Shown: positions 1 to 9,468, numbered from the stretch's first letter. The stretch: DNA of 64,000 nucleotides from Candidatus Ryanbacteria bacterium RIFCSPHIGHO2_02_FULL_45_17b (GCA_001819815.1 MHNO01000009.1:147016-211015), one strand, 5' to 3'. The notes: generated by a model from the letters alone, not told the origin. Translations and numbers: made by a program.

Positions 1-615
1 CATATGCGGCGCGCTTTGCGCGGCATCAAGCACGAAGAACGCGCCCACACCACGCGCTATGGAAGATATCTCGCGCACATCATTCACCGAACCCGTGGCA
101 TGCGACACATGGGTAACCGCGATTATTTTTGTACGCGGCCCTGCCATGGCGCGTATGGTGCCCGCAGAAAGCGTCCCATCTTTTTCAAGCGGAAGCACCG
201 TAAAAACAGCACCTGTTCTTTTTGCAAGTTCCTGCCATGGAATAAAATTACTATGATGTTCCATGGCTGATACCATAATTTCATCCCCCGCGGATATACG
301 CACCTCCAGCATACGCGCAAGCATGTTTAAGGAAGCAGTCGTGCCACTGGTAAAGATAACTTCATTGCTATGTGCGCCAAGAAACATGGCAACCTTACGG
401 CGAGCTCCTTCATATGCTTCCACAGCCCGTACCCCGATAGAATATATTCCGCTGTGCACATTTGCCTTGTACGTGCTATAAAATTCTAACATGCTGTCAA
501 TCACCACTTGCGGCATTTGGCTTGTTGCCGCGCTGTCTAAAAATGTAAAAGGCGCGCCGTCACGCGATTGTGCTTTAAAGATAGGGAAATCTTTTTTTAT
601 TTCTGTTTCATTCAT
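1..615 (-). CDS. sufS: Cysteine desulfurase SufS (aminotransferase class V); 5' part only, runs off the window edge
   Basis: Not in the ORF track. Manual translation gives MNETEIKKDFPIF...FLDSAATSQMP...ANVHSGIY...EVIFTSGTTASLN, typical SufS N-terminal motifs. ATG overlaps the sufD stop (ATGA). Confidence 0.9.
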   Translation of the reverse strand, partial: MNETEIKKDFPIFKAQSRDGAPFTFLDSAATSQMPQVVIDSMLEFYSTYKANVHSGIYSIGVRAVEAYEGARRKVAMFLGAHSNEVIFTSGTTASLNMLARMLEVRISAGDEIMVSAMEHHSNFIPWQELAKRTGAVFTVLPLEKDGTLSAGTIRAMAGPRTKIIAVTHVSHATGSVNDVREISSIARGVGAFFVLDAAQSAPHM

Positions 616-1178
616 GCTAAAAATCCTTCTCGTATCATAGCGCGCGCGTTTTCTTCTGAAATTCCACGGCTTTTTATGTAAAATATGTCCGCAGGTTGAA
701 CGCGGCGCACAGACGCGCTGTGTTTACATAGCGCGTTGTCCGTATATATCTCAAGAAACGGCGCGGCATCTATAAGGGTTTCTTTGCCGGTAAGCATTGC
801 GTCATGCTGTAAAAATGCCCGCGCGTTTTTCGCGCTCTTTTCTACTAGTACGCGTCCCCGCCACATGACGCGCGCCGCGTCATGCGCGATACCGCGGACG
901 TCTACATGTGATACGGTATGCGGCGCGGCATGTATTATTACGCGTTCCATATCGAGAACCGCGTTTTTAAAACCTTGATAGCGGCTTGTATCAACAACAG
1001 ACGATCCTTCTCCCTCCAAGCGCACGGTTACGCGCGTGGTTTTAGATACCGGTGTTTCAAACCTCTCTGTAATTATAAGCGACGCGTGTGCAGAAACATG
1101 TACCACAATAGCGCCATCCCATGATTGCAGTGTTTTTGTGCTGTTTTCGGGAACAAAAATTTCCTGTGTTTTTGTCAT
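612..1178 (-). CDS. sufD: Short SufD-family Fe-S assembly protein (188 aa)
   Basis: C-terminal SufBD motifs (PFLEIYTDNALCKHSASV, YIKSRGI); lies between sufB and sufS with ATGA overlaps. Confidence 0.8.
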   Translation of the reverse strand: MTKTQEIFVPENSTKTLQSWDGAIVVHVSAHASLIITERFETPVSKTTRVTVRLEGEGSSVVDTSRYQGFKNAVLDMERVIIHAAPHTVSHVDVRGIAHDAARVMWRGRVLVEKSAKNARAFLQHDAMLTGKETLIDAAPFLEIYTDNALCKHSASVRRVQPADIFYIKSRGISEENARAMIREGFLA

Positions 1179-2563
1179 GCCACCGCGCCTTCCATTTGAA
1201 GGTCTATTAACCGATTAAATTCAACGGCATATTCAAGCGGAAGTTTTTTAGAAACTTCTTCTACAAATCCTCCTACAATCATTTGTATCGCGCGTTCTTC
1301 TGAAAGCCCGCGACTCATCGCGTAAAATAATTCATCATCTCCGATGCGTCCCGTACGCGCTTCGTGCGACACTTCTGAATTTGTATTTTCTGTTTTTATA
1401 AAAGGATACGTGTGCGACTGTGACGCGCCGTCCAAAATAAGCGCGTCACAGGTAACATGCGAAATTGTCTCATCTGCCCGTTTTCCCACACGCACAAGCC
1501 CGCGATAAGAAGCAACACCGCCTCCCCGTGAAATACTTTTTGCGCGTATGATAGATCGTGTTCGCGGCGCAACATGAATTACTTTAGCGCCGGTATCCTG
1601 ATGTTGCCCGGGACCTGCAACCGCAATACCCAAACTTTCGGAACGCGCTCCTTCACCTACCAATATACTACAAGGATACAGCATGGTAGTACCAGAACCC
1701 ATGTTGCCATTTATCCATTCAATGGTTCCGTTTTTCTCCACAAGCGCGCGTTTTGTATTAAGATTATACGTATTCAAGCTCCAATTTTCTATGCTGGAAT
1801 ACCGAATGGTTGCCCCTTCGCCAACGAACAATTCCACGCATCCTGCATGCAAGGCGCTTGTCATGTAGCGAGGCGCAGAACATCCTTCAATATATGAAAC
1901 TTCTGATCCCTTATCCGCAATAATGAGTGTGTGTTCAAACTGTCCGCCACGTTCGGCATTCATGCGAAAATACGCTTGTAGAGGAAACAAAACTTTGATG
2001 CCTGGGGGCACATAAATAAACGTACCGCCCGACCACACCGCCGCGTGCAACATGGCAAACTTGTGATCATTTATAGGCACGCAACTTGTCATAAAATGCT
2101 TCCGTATAAGATCGGGGTAATTTTGAACCGCGGTATCCATATTTTCAAACACAACTCCCTGCCGTGCCCATTCATCTTTTATATTGTGATATACCACGTC
2201 TGAATCATATTGCGCCCCCACTCCGCCCAAAGATGTGCGTTCTGCTTCGGGTATGCCCAAACGATCAAACGTGCGCTTTATATCTTCCGGCACGTCTTCC
2301 CACGATTTTGATTCACCGGCATCAGGCCGCACAAAATAGGTAATTTTGTTTAAATCAAGCCCCGACAAATCCGGTCCCCATTGGGGAAGCGGTGTCTCCA
2401 AAAATAAGGCGAACGCCCGAAGGCGCTTTTCTAGCATCCATACAGGCTCATTCTTCTGCCGCGAGATCTCGCGTATCAAATCTTCACTCACGCCAAAACC
2501 AGCCCGGTATCGTTCATGCGCCGTGTCTGCTTTATCGTATACGGATGTATCATCAGGAATCAT
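1175..2563 (-). CDS. sufB: Fe-S cluster assembly protein SufB
   Basis: GVGAQYDSDVVY, GQFEHTLII, YIEGCSAP, LPLEYAVE motifs. Start moved to ATG 2563 (MIPDD), downstream of a sigma70 promoter. Confidence 0.95.
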   Translation of the reverse strand: MIPDDTSVYDKADTAHERYRAGFGVSEDLIREISRQKNEPVWMLEKRLRAFALFLETPLPQWGPDLSGLDLNKITYFVRPDAGESKSWEDVPEDIKRTFDRLGIPEAERTSLGGVGAQYDSDVVYHNIKDEWARQGVVFENMDTAVQNYPDLIRKHFMTSCVPINDHKFAMLHAAVWSGGTFIYVPPGIKVLFPLQAYFRMNAERGGQFEHTLIIADKGSEVSYIEGCSAPRYMTSALHAGCVELFVGEGATIRYSSIENWSLNTYNLNTKRALVEKNGTIEWINGNMGSGTTMLYPCSILVGEGARSESLGIAVAGPGQHQDTGAKVIHVAPRTRSIIRAKSISRGGGVASYRGLVRVGKRADETISHVTCDALILDGASQSHTYPFIKTENTNSEVSHEARTGRIGDDELFYAMSRGLSEERAIQMIVGGFVEEVSKKLPLEYAVEFNRLIDLQMEGAVA

Positions 2564-2577
2564 AATGCTTCTTGCTA

Positions 2578-2628
2578 TATCATATAGATAAGCGTCTATA
2601 TGATAGCTAACGTAGCGTAGCAGGTCAA
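2578..2628 (-). promoter_or_regulatory. sigma70-type promoter of sufB with an overlapping palindromic operator candidate
   Basis: Minus strand TTGACC (2628-2623)-17 nt-TATCAT (2605-2600). Palindrome TATCATATAGA-N6-TCTATATGATA at 2578-2605. Confidence 0.6.
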
Positions 2629-2664
2629 GAGCATTGACAGTAAAAAACGCCATGCTAGGATATA

Positions 2665-2780
2665 CATGAAAACCACATTTTTTTCCTTGTTTTAGGTGTG
2701 GTTGCCGGGGAGCGAAGATTAACCCCTCCTCGCTCCCCTTTCTCCCTTTTGCCCAAGGTCTCACAGGAGGCCTTTTTTCT
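2665..2780 (+). ncRNA. Candidate small RNA with three hairpins and an intrinsic terminator
   Basis: TTGACA (2634)-16 nt-TAGGAT (2656) with TGn extension. Stems 2671-2677/2697-2703 and 2707-2715/2730-2738; terminator 2756-2773 plus T-run; no credible ORF. Confidence 0.45.
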
Positions 2781-2810
2781 TTGGAAACGTACGGTGTTTA
2801 TATTCAGATA

Positions 2811-2994
2811 CCATGAATTACGAAACACACCCTCATCTGATGACCGCCACATGAATTGATAATGAGTTGAACAAGATGTGTAACGTCTTGCGATGACCCA
2901 ATTTGGTCATCGCAAGACGTTATATTGTGCTTGCGTATGCAAATCGATGGGAGGTCATCAGATGAGAGGAATACATGTGTTTCGTAATTTAAAG
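2811..2994. mobile_element. MITE-like fold-back element, copy 1 (184 bp, longest copy)
   Basis: 19-bp imperfect TIRs CCATGAATTACGAAACACA / TGTGTTTCGTAATTTAAAG; direct repeat TCAGATA on both flanks; near-identical copies at 27911 and 56480. Confidence 0.85.
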
Positions 2995-3714
2995 TCAGAT
3001 ACTAACGAAGTACATACGCACGTCGCTCATTTCATGAAAAATACGGGCGGGAGTTTCAGCAAGCGAGCCTTCCACCAAAAGAACTTTTTCAAGCGCAGAT
3101 TTCTTTTCTTCTCCAACCGCATACACCACGGCGTGATCCACTTGTGTGCGCAAAAAAGGCATCGTAACGGTAACACGGAACGGATATGGATTTTTAGTAC
3201 CCGCGTCATATGCCGCCACCCATTTTGTTTTATCTTCAAATAATTTCTGAAACAAAACAGGGTTTTCCGGAAACGGCATGATACCTGCCGTATGGCCATC
3301 CGCCCCCACGCCCATGGTTGCAATTATAACGCCATCCACATGCGCCTCCGCCCACTCATGAAGCGCTTTTTCAAAACGATCCGCCAATAAAGCCTGTGTT
3401 TCAGCTGCACCCGCGCGCGTATCTATAAACGAAACGCCAACCGCGTACGCATTCGCGTAAAATTTGGTTCCCGTAAGCTGAAAAGAATTATTATCTGCTT
3501 CATCCTGACTAAAACGCTCATCAAGCACGCCAATAGTCACCTGTTCCCCCAGCGCGTCTTTCGGTATTGCATCCAGCAATGAAAAAGCCGACCCGCCGGA
3601 AAGAAGCAAAAGTACGGATTGTGTATGCTCTTTTGCATCCATCAAAAGAGCGCGCAGTAACTCTCCCGCGCGCGCTTGCGTTTCCTGTGTGCTTTTGCAT
3701 TGAGTTATTTTCAT
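2995..3714 (-). CDS. 6-phosphogluconolactonase / glucosamine-6-P isomerase family protein
   Basis: LLLSGGS, VLDERF, MGVGADGHTAGIMP, RVTVT, GEEKK motifs. Confidence 0.8.
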   Translation of the reverse strand: MKITQCKSTQETQARAGELLRALLMDAKEHTQSVLLLLSGGSAFSLLDAIPKDALGEQVTIGVLDERFSQDEADNNSFQLTGTKFYANAYAVGVSFIDTRAGAAETQALLADRFEKALHEWAEAHVDGVIIATMGVGADGHTAGIMPFPENPVLFQKLFEDKTKWVAAYDAGTKNPYPFRVTVTMPFLRTQVDHAVVYAVGEEKKSALEKVLLVEGSLAETPARIFHEMSDVRMYFVSI

Positions 3715-3729
3715 TTTCTCTTTGACCAA

Positions 3730-3860
3730 GGGCAACCTAACTCTTTTTACGGATTATGAAGCCCTTTTGGCCTGGTGTCCCGCTTTAGCGGGATCAAAAA
3801 GGCTTCATCCTCGGAGCCCGCGCCGGCGGGCGAGAATGAGTAAAAAGAGTTAGGTTGCCC
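3730..3860. repeat. Fold-back element with 21-bp perfect outer arms and inner REP-like hairpins
   Basis: GGGCAACCTAACTCTTTTTAC (3730-3750) is the exact reverse complement of 3840-3860; inner hairpins TCCCGCTTTAGCGGGA and GCCCGCGCCGGCGGGC. Confidence 0.8.
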
Positions 3861-4101
3861 ACTTCTTTAATTCTTCATACGACGTACTCCCACAAATAAA
3901 CGCTTTCGTATCCGTATTGAAGAAAAAGGGCACGCCACCGCAAAGCCCCGTGTCGTATTGATTCATCTTTTCCGCATTCTCCTCATTGTGCCACATCTCA
4001 TATTTTTCCACCACCACGCCTTTCTCTTTTTCCAGCCGCTCCACCAACGGCTTCATACGTATACAATGAGGACATTCAGTTCCATAGAATTCAATTAACA
4101 T
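3850..4101 (-). CDS. Small thioredoxin/glutaredoxin-like protein
   Basis: FYGTECPHC (CxxC) and GGVPFF cis-Pro motif. Confidence 0.85.
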   Translation of the reverse strand: MLIEFYGTECPHCIRMKPLVERLEKEKGVVVEKYEMWHNEENAEKMNQYDTGLCGGVPFFFNTDTKAFICGSTSYEELKKWAT

Positions 4102-4110
4102 AAAGCAAAC

Positions 4111-4872
4111 TTATTCTAAGAATAAGAGTCCATACATTGCTCCCACACCAATAAGTATTGCTACAAACTCAAGCACGGTACTTGACCCACGTTGTTTGTG
4201 CAGTTCAGGAACCAAATCCGCGGTTGCGATATAAATAAACGTGCCTGCGGCAAACGGAATCAAAAAACCAATTGCGCGCTCCGACGAAGAACCCATAACC
4301 ATTATTACAAGCACCCCCGCAATCGCGGTGAGTGCAGAAATGAAATTATAGAAAATGGCCTTACCTTTTGAATATCCCGCGTGTAGTAACACGCCAAAAT
4401 CGCCAATCTCCTGTGGTATTTCATGCAAAACAACTGCGATAGTAGTTGCGATACCAACCTCAACGCTTATAAGATAACTCGCTCCGATAATAAGCCCATC
4501 AAGAAAATTATGCAGGCCATCGGAAAATAATATCAGTTTCCCAAGAGGTTTTATGGCGTCTTCTCGCTCAATTTCAACGACATCTCCATGATGGCCATGG
4601 TGCCATTGAAGAAGTTTTTCCAGCCAAAAAAAAGTTAACAGTCCTGCAAGCGTGAGAAGTGAAGTGACTGCGGTATCGTTCGTATGCTCAAATGCCTCCG
4701 GAAGTAAATGGAAAAAAGCATCGCCCAACAAAGCGCCAACCGCAAGCGCTACAAACACAAACAATATTTTCCGCAAACGTTTTGTCTGTAAAGACAGCGT
4801 AGACACGCCTATCAACGAAATACCGCTTACAATGAGTACGCTTGTAAACGCATAAAGATATGGGATTGCCAT
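4111..4872 (-). CDS. ZIP family metal transporter
   Basis: HLLPEA, His-rich loop HHGHHG, DGLHNFLDG, LHEIPQEIGDFGVL. Confidence 0.93.
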   Translation of the reverse strand: MAIPYLYAFTSVLIVSGISLIGVSTLSLQTKRLRKILFVFVALAVGALLGDAFFHLLPEAFEHTNDTAVTSLLTLAGLLTFFWLEKLLQWHHGHHGDVVEIEREDAIKPLGKLILFSDGLHNFLDGLIIGASYLISVEVGIATTIAVVLHEIPQEIGDFGVLLHAGYSKGKAIFYNFISALTAIAGVLVIMVMGSSSERAIGFLIPFAAGTFIYIATADLVPELHKQRGSSTVLEFVAILIGVGAMYGLLFLE

Positions 4873-4896
4873 ATGCGATAGTATACCACGTAATAA

Positions 4897-6657
4897 CTAT
4901 TGAATAAACCCGCCTGCTTGTATTTCCCACAGTTTTTTATAAACACCGCCTTGCCCAAGTAATTCTTCATGCGTACCCGTGGCGATTATATCCCCTTCTT
5001 CCATGACAATAATGCGATCCATTTTCATAATGGTGCTCAAGCGGTGCGCGATGACGATGACGGTCTTCTTTTTCATGAGTACGGATAACGCGTCTTGAAT
5101 AAGCATTTCAGATTCGGAGTCTAAACTGCTTGTTGCCTCATCAAGCACTAACATGGGGGCGTTTTTTAACAGCGCGCGCGCAATGGCAACACGCTGGCGT
5201 TCCCCGCCGGATAATTTTATACCCCGCTCGCCCACATAGGTTTCATACTCTTCCGGCAATCGAGAAATAAATTCATGGCAATGCGCCTTCTTGGCGGCCT
5301 CCACTACTTCTTCGTCCGAGGCGTCAAGCCTGCCATAGCGGATATTTTCCATAAGCGTGCGGTGAAATAAAATAGGTTCTTGGGGCACCAATGAAATTGC
5401 GTTCCGCATACTTTCCTGCGTTACGCGCGAAATGTTTTGGCCATCAATGAGTATTTCCCCGGCCATTATATCGTAAAAGCGAAAGAGTAATTTCGTGACA
5501 GTTGTTTTACCAGCACCCGATGCGCCCACCAAAGCAATTTTCTCGCCGCCTTTTATATGAAGATTAAAATCTTTAAGAATACTTCGTGTTTCATTAAAAT
5601 TAAATGAAACGTTGTTAAAATGAATTTCACCTTTTGTCACGGAAAGTTTTTTAGCACGCGCGTGATCTTGCACTTCATGCGGGAGGTTTAAAATTTCAAC
5701 CATTTCATGCGCGTCCGCAATTGCCTCATACGATTTACGCACCGTCTGCCCCAAATGCCATACCCGTTCAAACGCGCGTATAATATAGGCCTGAATAAGC
5801 GCAAAATCACCTATTGTTACAATCCCCCTCTGCCACAACAAAACAGCAACATATAAAAGACTAATCTCCACCACAATAAAAAGAGCGCCCTGTGCCGTAT
5901 TTATCCATTCATCTATGGTCCATGTTTTAAAACGTAAAAGCCGTAACTCTTCGGTAATACCATACACCATGGAATATTCTTTTGCTTCACCCGCAAACGA
6001 TTTAACGGTTGTTATGTTTGAGATAGAGTCTGACAAAATACCCGTCGTTTCAGAATCTTTGGCGGCGAGCATAATATTATATTTCTGCTTCCAAATAGTG
6101 ACCGCATATTGCGCTGAGATAAATATGATAAGCCAAACAGTAAATACGACACCCAACAACCAGTGCCGCATAAAAAGCACCGTTATAATGATGGGAAACG
6201 TAACAAGGAATGGAAGATACACATAATGAAATTGATCAGTAAGAATCTCAAAAGAACGATCCAGCCGGTTTATACGGCGCACCAAAGAACCGGCAAAATT
6301 ATTCGCGAAAAATTTATAAGAATGATGTTCCACATACGCAAATGATGTCCGCATGAGATCAGCCTTAATATGTGGCTGTACATATACGTTGGCAAATTGG
6401 TTAACACGGTGAAAGAGCCACGTAATCCCATACAAGCCCGCGATCATCGTGATCAAAAAGAAAAGCTCTTGCATAACATCATCATTTGACCCAGAAGCGT
6501 TTGCAAGTACGTCGAAAAATTTTTTGTAATAGAGCGGTACGATTGTTTCTACTATATGCACGCCTGCGTGAAAAAATACCACAAGAAAAACCGCGAGCTT
6601 ATAACGCCGCGCGTGCTGCCAAAATACGCGCAAAATCGGACGGATGGAATTGTCCAT
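4897..6657 (-). CDS. ABC exporter, fused permease/ATP-binding protein
   Basis: N-terminal TM domain, Walker A GASGAGKT, LSGGERQR signature, LDEATSSLD, IAHRLST. Confidence 0.95.
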   Translation of the reverse strand: MDNSIRPILRVFWQHARRYKLAVFLVVFFHAGVHIVETIVPLYYKKFFDVLANASGSNDDVMQELFFLITMIAGLYGITWLFHRVNQFANVYVQPHIKADLMRTSFAYVEHHSYKFFANNFAGSLVRRINRLDRSFEILTDQFHYVYLPFLVTFPIIITVLFMRHWLLGVVFTVWLIIFISAQYAVTIWKQKYNIMLAAKDSETTGILSDSISNITTVKSFAGEAKEYSMVYGITEELRLLRFKTWTIDEWINTAQGALFIVVEISLLYVAVLLWQRGIVTIGDFALIQAYIIRAFERVWHLGQTVRKSYEAIADAHEMVEILNLPHEVQDHARAKKLSVTKGEIHFNNVSFNFNETRSILKDFNLHIKGGEKIALVGASGAGKTTVTKLLFRFYDIMAGEILIDGQNISRVTQESMRNAISLVPQEPILFHRTLMENIRYGRLDASDEEVVEAAKKAHCHEFISRLPEEYETYVGERGIKLSGGERQRVAIARALLKNAPMLVLDEATSSLDSESEMLIQDALSVLMKKKTVIVIAHRLSTIMKMDRIIVMEEGDIIATGTHEELLGQGGVYKKLWEIQAGGFIQ

Positions 6658-6747
6658 AGAAATAAGTATAAATGACGAAGTACTCTGCCACAACGTATCT
6701 AACAAAAACGCCCCCAGCACAAGCCAGAGACGTTTTGTTTTTATGTG

Positions 6748-6948
6748 TTAGGCACGGCTTACGTTTGTCGCTTGTGGACCCTTCATTCCCTGCCCCTCTT
6801 CAAACGTTACCTTGTCACCTTCCCGAAGGTCGTTGAAAGCTACGTTTTGAAGTTCGCTAGAATGAAAGAAGAGATCCTTGGACTGGCCTTCTCGGCGAAT
6901 AAAGCCGTAGCCTTTGTCCATAAGCCGCGCAATTGTTCCTTCTTGCAT
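6748..6948 (-). CDS. Cold-shock domain protein
   Basis: KGYGFI (RNP1), DLFFHSS (RNP2), KGPQA. Confidence 0.95.
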   Translation of the reverse strand: MQEGTIARLMDKGYGFIRREGQSKDLFFHSSELQNVAFNDLREGDKVTFEEGQGMKGPQATNVSRA

Positions 6949-7112
6949 TTCTTAAAGAAAACTAAATCGAGTAATGTCAAACGTGTTACTGAAGGTAAAA
7001 CTCGACCTCGTTTTCTTGCAGTAGCGTATTTGATAATAAAGAGCATAGCATGTACAAAATTTTGGGTCAACATAGTAAAAAGTATAACTCATAACAAGGA
7101 TCCTAACCACGG

Positions 7113-8216
7113 TTACAACATATCAGGAATTTTTATACGAAAAATTGTTCCTCGACTGTTTTCTGCCGGGCTTTCAAATGACACACTCCATCCTAAATTG
7201 TCCGCAATCATTTTGACGATAAATAATCCCAGCCCTGTGCCCTTTCCTTTGGTTTTCATCGCATTGGAGGCGCGAAAAAACTTCGAAAAAATGCGTTCCT
7301 TATCTTCGGCGGGTATGCCGACCCCATTGTCCCTACAAGAAAAAAGAATAGCATTATCCTCCCTTCCAAGAGATACATCCACTTTCCCCATTTGTGCGTC
7401 AGAATATTCCGCCGCATTAGAAATGATGTTTGTGAACACTTGAGAAACCAGCGAGACATATGACGAGTAGAGAAACAAACCATCTCCTTTGGAAAAAGAA
7501 AAAACCACTTGCGGATGTTTCGCTCTCACGCGCTCCAAAACTGCCTCAATTTCTTTCGCCAAATCAATCTCTCCCTTCTGCATATCAGAAAGAGTGCCGA
7601 CACGCGCATACATAAGCAGATCACCCACAAGATTCACAAGCGATTCATTTTGCTCATAAAGCGCATGGATCATTTCTTTTTGATCTCCCGTAAGATTTCC
7701 TTCTTTGGAAAGCCATTCAAGCGCCCATTTATATGATGTAAGAGGATTTTTTAACTGATGCCCGAGCATGGAGCTAAACTCCTCCCGAAATTTTTCTTTT
7801 TCCTTCTTTTTAGTGATATTAGGTTCTACTCCGATAAAAAACTTAATATCTCCATTTTCCCAGAGAACCGGGGATATATGCAGTTCCTGCCAATATTCCG
7901 TGCCGTCTTTTTTTTTATTGCGTGCTTCTCCCACAAACGGCATTTTTTCTTTTTTAATGCGCAACCACATGCGTTCATAAAATTCCTGTGGCATATTGCC
8001 GCCCCACAAATCAGCAGGGTTCTTTCCAAGCGCTTCCTCACGAAAGTACCCCGTGTTCCGTTCCGCCGATTCGTTCATATAAATAATATTTCCATCGGGA
8101 TCAGTAATAATTACATGATCATCCAGTAAATCAAAAGCTGTCCCCAACGAGCGGACCACTTCCATGTAGCTTCGAAGTCGCTCTTCCGACAATTCCGTAC
8201 GCATATGAGTTTCCAT
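7113..8216 (-). CDS. Cytoplasmic PAS-domain sensor histidine kinase (no adjacent response regulator)
   Basis: PAS/PAC (ITDPDGNIIYMN...YWQELHISP), H-box HQLKNPLT, N-box NIISNA, G boxes DNGVGIP and GTGLGL. Confidence 0.92.
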   Translation of the reverse strand: METHMRTELSEERLRSYMEVVRSLGTAFDLLDDHVIITDPDGNIIYMNESAERNTGYFREEALGKNPADLWGGNMPQEFYERMWLRIKKEKMPFVGEARNKKKDGTEYWQELHISPVLWENGDIKFFIGVEPNITKKKEKEKFREEFSSMLGHQLKNPLTSYKWALEWLSKEGNLTGDQKEMIHALYEQNESLVNLVGDLLMYARVGTLSDMQKGEIDLAKEIEAVLERVRAKHPQVVFSFSKGDGLFLYSSYVSLVSQVFTNIISNAAEYSDAQMGKVDVSLGREDNAILFSCRDNGVGIPAEDKERIFSKFFRASNAMKTKGKGTGLGLFIVKMIADNLGWSVSFESPAENSRGTIFRIKIPDML

Positions 8217-8238
8217 ATATGTTTGATACTATGAAATA

Positions 8239-8619
8239 CTACTTCAACCAGTCCCGAAAAGATGCCGGTCGCCCCCGTAAGAGAAATAATGCCAACGGGG
8301 CTCCCCAATTTGCCCATCGCTCCATAAAATCCCAAATCGGCATGCCAACCAACGGCCGTATCAAAGCTGTCCAAAACCCCCAAAACACCATCCACAAAAG
8401 AGCCAATCGTACCGGTCGCAACAAAATAAGAATCGCAAGCGCGATATCTATAAGACCAATAATAAAAAGAAGTTGGCCGGCTAAGACCGCATCCGTTATG
8501 CCGAAGTTGCTAAACCACCCAATCCAATCTTTTTTACCTTGTAAAGCAAATGATCCGTGGCCCAAAAATTCGCCAAAAACGGCAATTCGCAAAACCCATT
8601 CAACGTGTTTTGTGTTCAT
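8239..8619 (-). CDS. Small membrane protein (DoxX-like, about 4 TM)
   Basis: Hydrophobic 126-aa ORF, WVLRIAVFGEFLGHG...ERWANWGAPLAL. Confidence 0.6.
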   Translation of the reverse strand: MNTKHVEWVLRIAVFGEFLGHGSFALQGKKDWIGWFSNFGITDAVLAGQLLFIIGLIDIALAILILLRPVRLALLWMVFWGFWTALIRPLVGMPIWDFMERWANWGAPLALFLLRGRPASFRDWLK

Positions 8620-8711
8620 AACATAAGCTAGTTTATATACCAGTAGTATACACCGCGCCTCCCCTGCCGTTAAGCATACTTTGTGCACATAACGCAATAT
8701 CTGAATTTTAC

Positions 8712-8740
8712 AAAAAAACCGCATGGTAGAACCACACGGC
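8712..8740 (-). terminator. Intrinsic terminator after the ORFan 8751-9083
   Basis: CCGUGUGGU-UCU-ACCAUGCGG followed by U7; near-identical to the hairpin at 56005-56039. Confidence 0.7.
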
Positions 8741-8750
8741 TTACGCAACT

Positions 8751-9083
8751 TTATTCCTCTGTTTTTGGAATTTTCTCAACCACTACACAAGACCAACCCC
8801 ATGTACGCCCTCCCGCAGGCCAGTAGAGTTCCCACTGACCATCAACTTTGAAAGCCCTTCTCCAGCAAGGGCCGCCAAATTGAGCATGTGCTTCTACAAG
8901 GCAGACGTCCGATTTCTCCACCAACCCGTTTTTTACAAATCCAAGTGCCGGATTTAGGCTTTTGGGAATTGGTTCTATAGAATGTAAGTAATAATAACCC
9001 GAAGAAACCAATTGATTCTCCACAAATTCCGTAAGCTTATACTGCTCACCGACAACGAAATCTTTCGGCTCTATGAATGACAT
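8751..9083 (-). CDS. Hypothetical protein (ORFan with strong SD)
   Basis: AGGAGG 7 nt upstream of ATG 9083; own terminator. Confidence 0.65.
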   Translation of the reverse strand: MSFIEPKDFVVGEQYKLTEFVENQLVSSGYYYLHSIEPIPKSLNPALGFVKNGLVEKSDVCLVEAHAQFGGPCWRRAFKVDGQWELYWPAGGRTWGWSCVVVEKIPKTEE

Positions 9084-9162
9084 AAAAAAACCTCCTGTCC
9101 GGATTTTCAATCAGCATTACATATATCAAGACAAAAATCAACACGGAAATCCAGGCGTAATT

Positions 9163-9468
9163 TCATACCCGGACCTCAAGAGAAAACAATACCATATCTC
9201 CCGCCTTGATTTTTTCTTTTTTGCGGACTTCCGCTTTTAACGGCAGGAGATACGCGCCCTGCTTTTTGTCCGGAAAAATAGAAGTTCTCCAGCTTGTATC
9301 TCCCATGGTAACAACCACGGGAAGCGAGCCCCACCCACGCTTTAAAAGCCCGAAGCGTTTGGTAATTTCGCCCGATTGTTTTTTGGGAAGCGTAATAAAA
9401 TGCCAAGCCGCGTGTTGCGCCGGATACAACCACACCTTTGCTCGCATGTTGAATTTGTTTTTTATCAT
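9163..9468 (-). CDS. DUF1905 domain protein
   Basis: WHFITLP, GWGSLPV, WRTSIFP, YLLPLKAEVRK motifs. Confidence 0.8.
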   Translation of the reverse strand: MIKNKFNMRAKVWLYPAQHAAWHFITLPKKQSGEITKRFGLLKRGWGSLPVVVTMGDTSWRTSIFPDKKQGAYLLPLKAEVRKKEKIKAGDMVLFSLEVRV

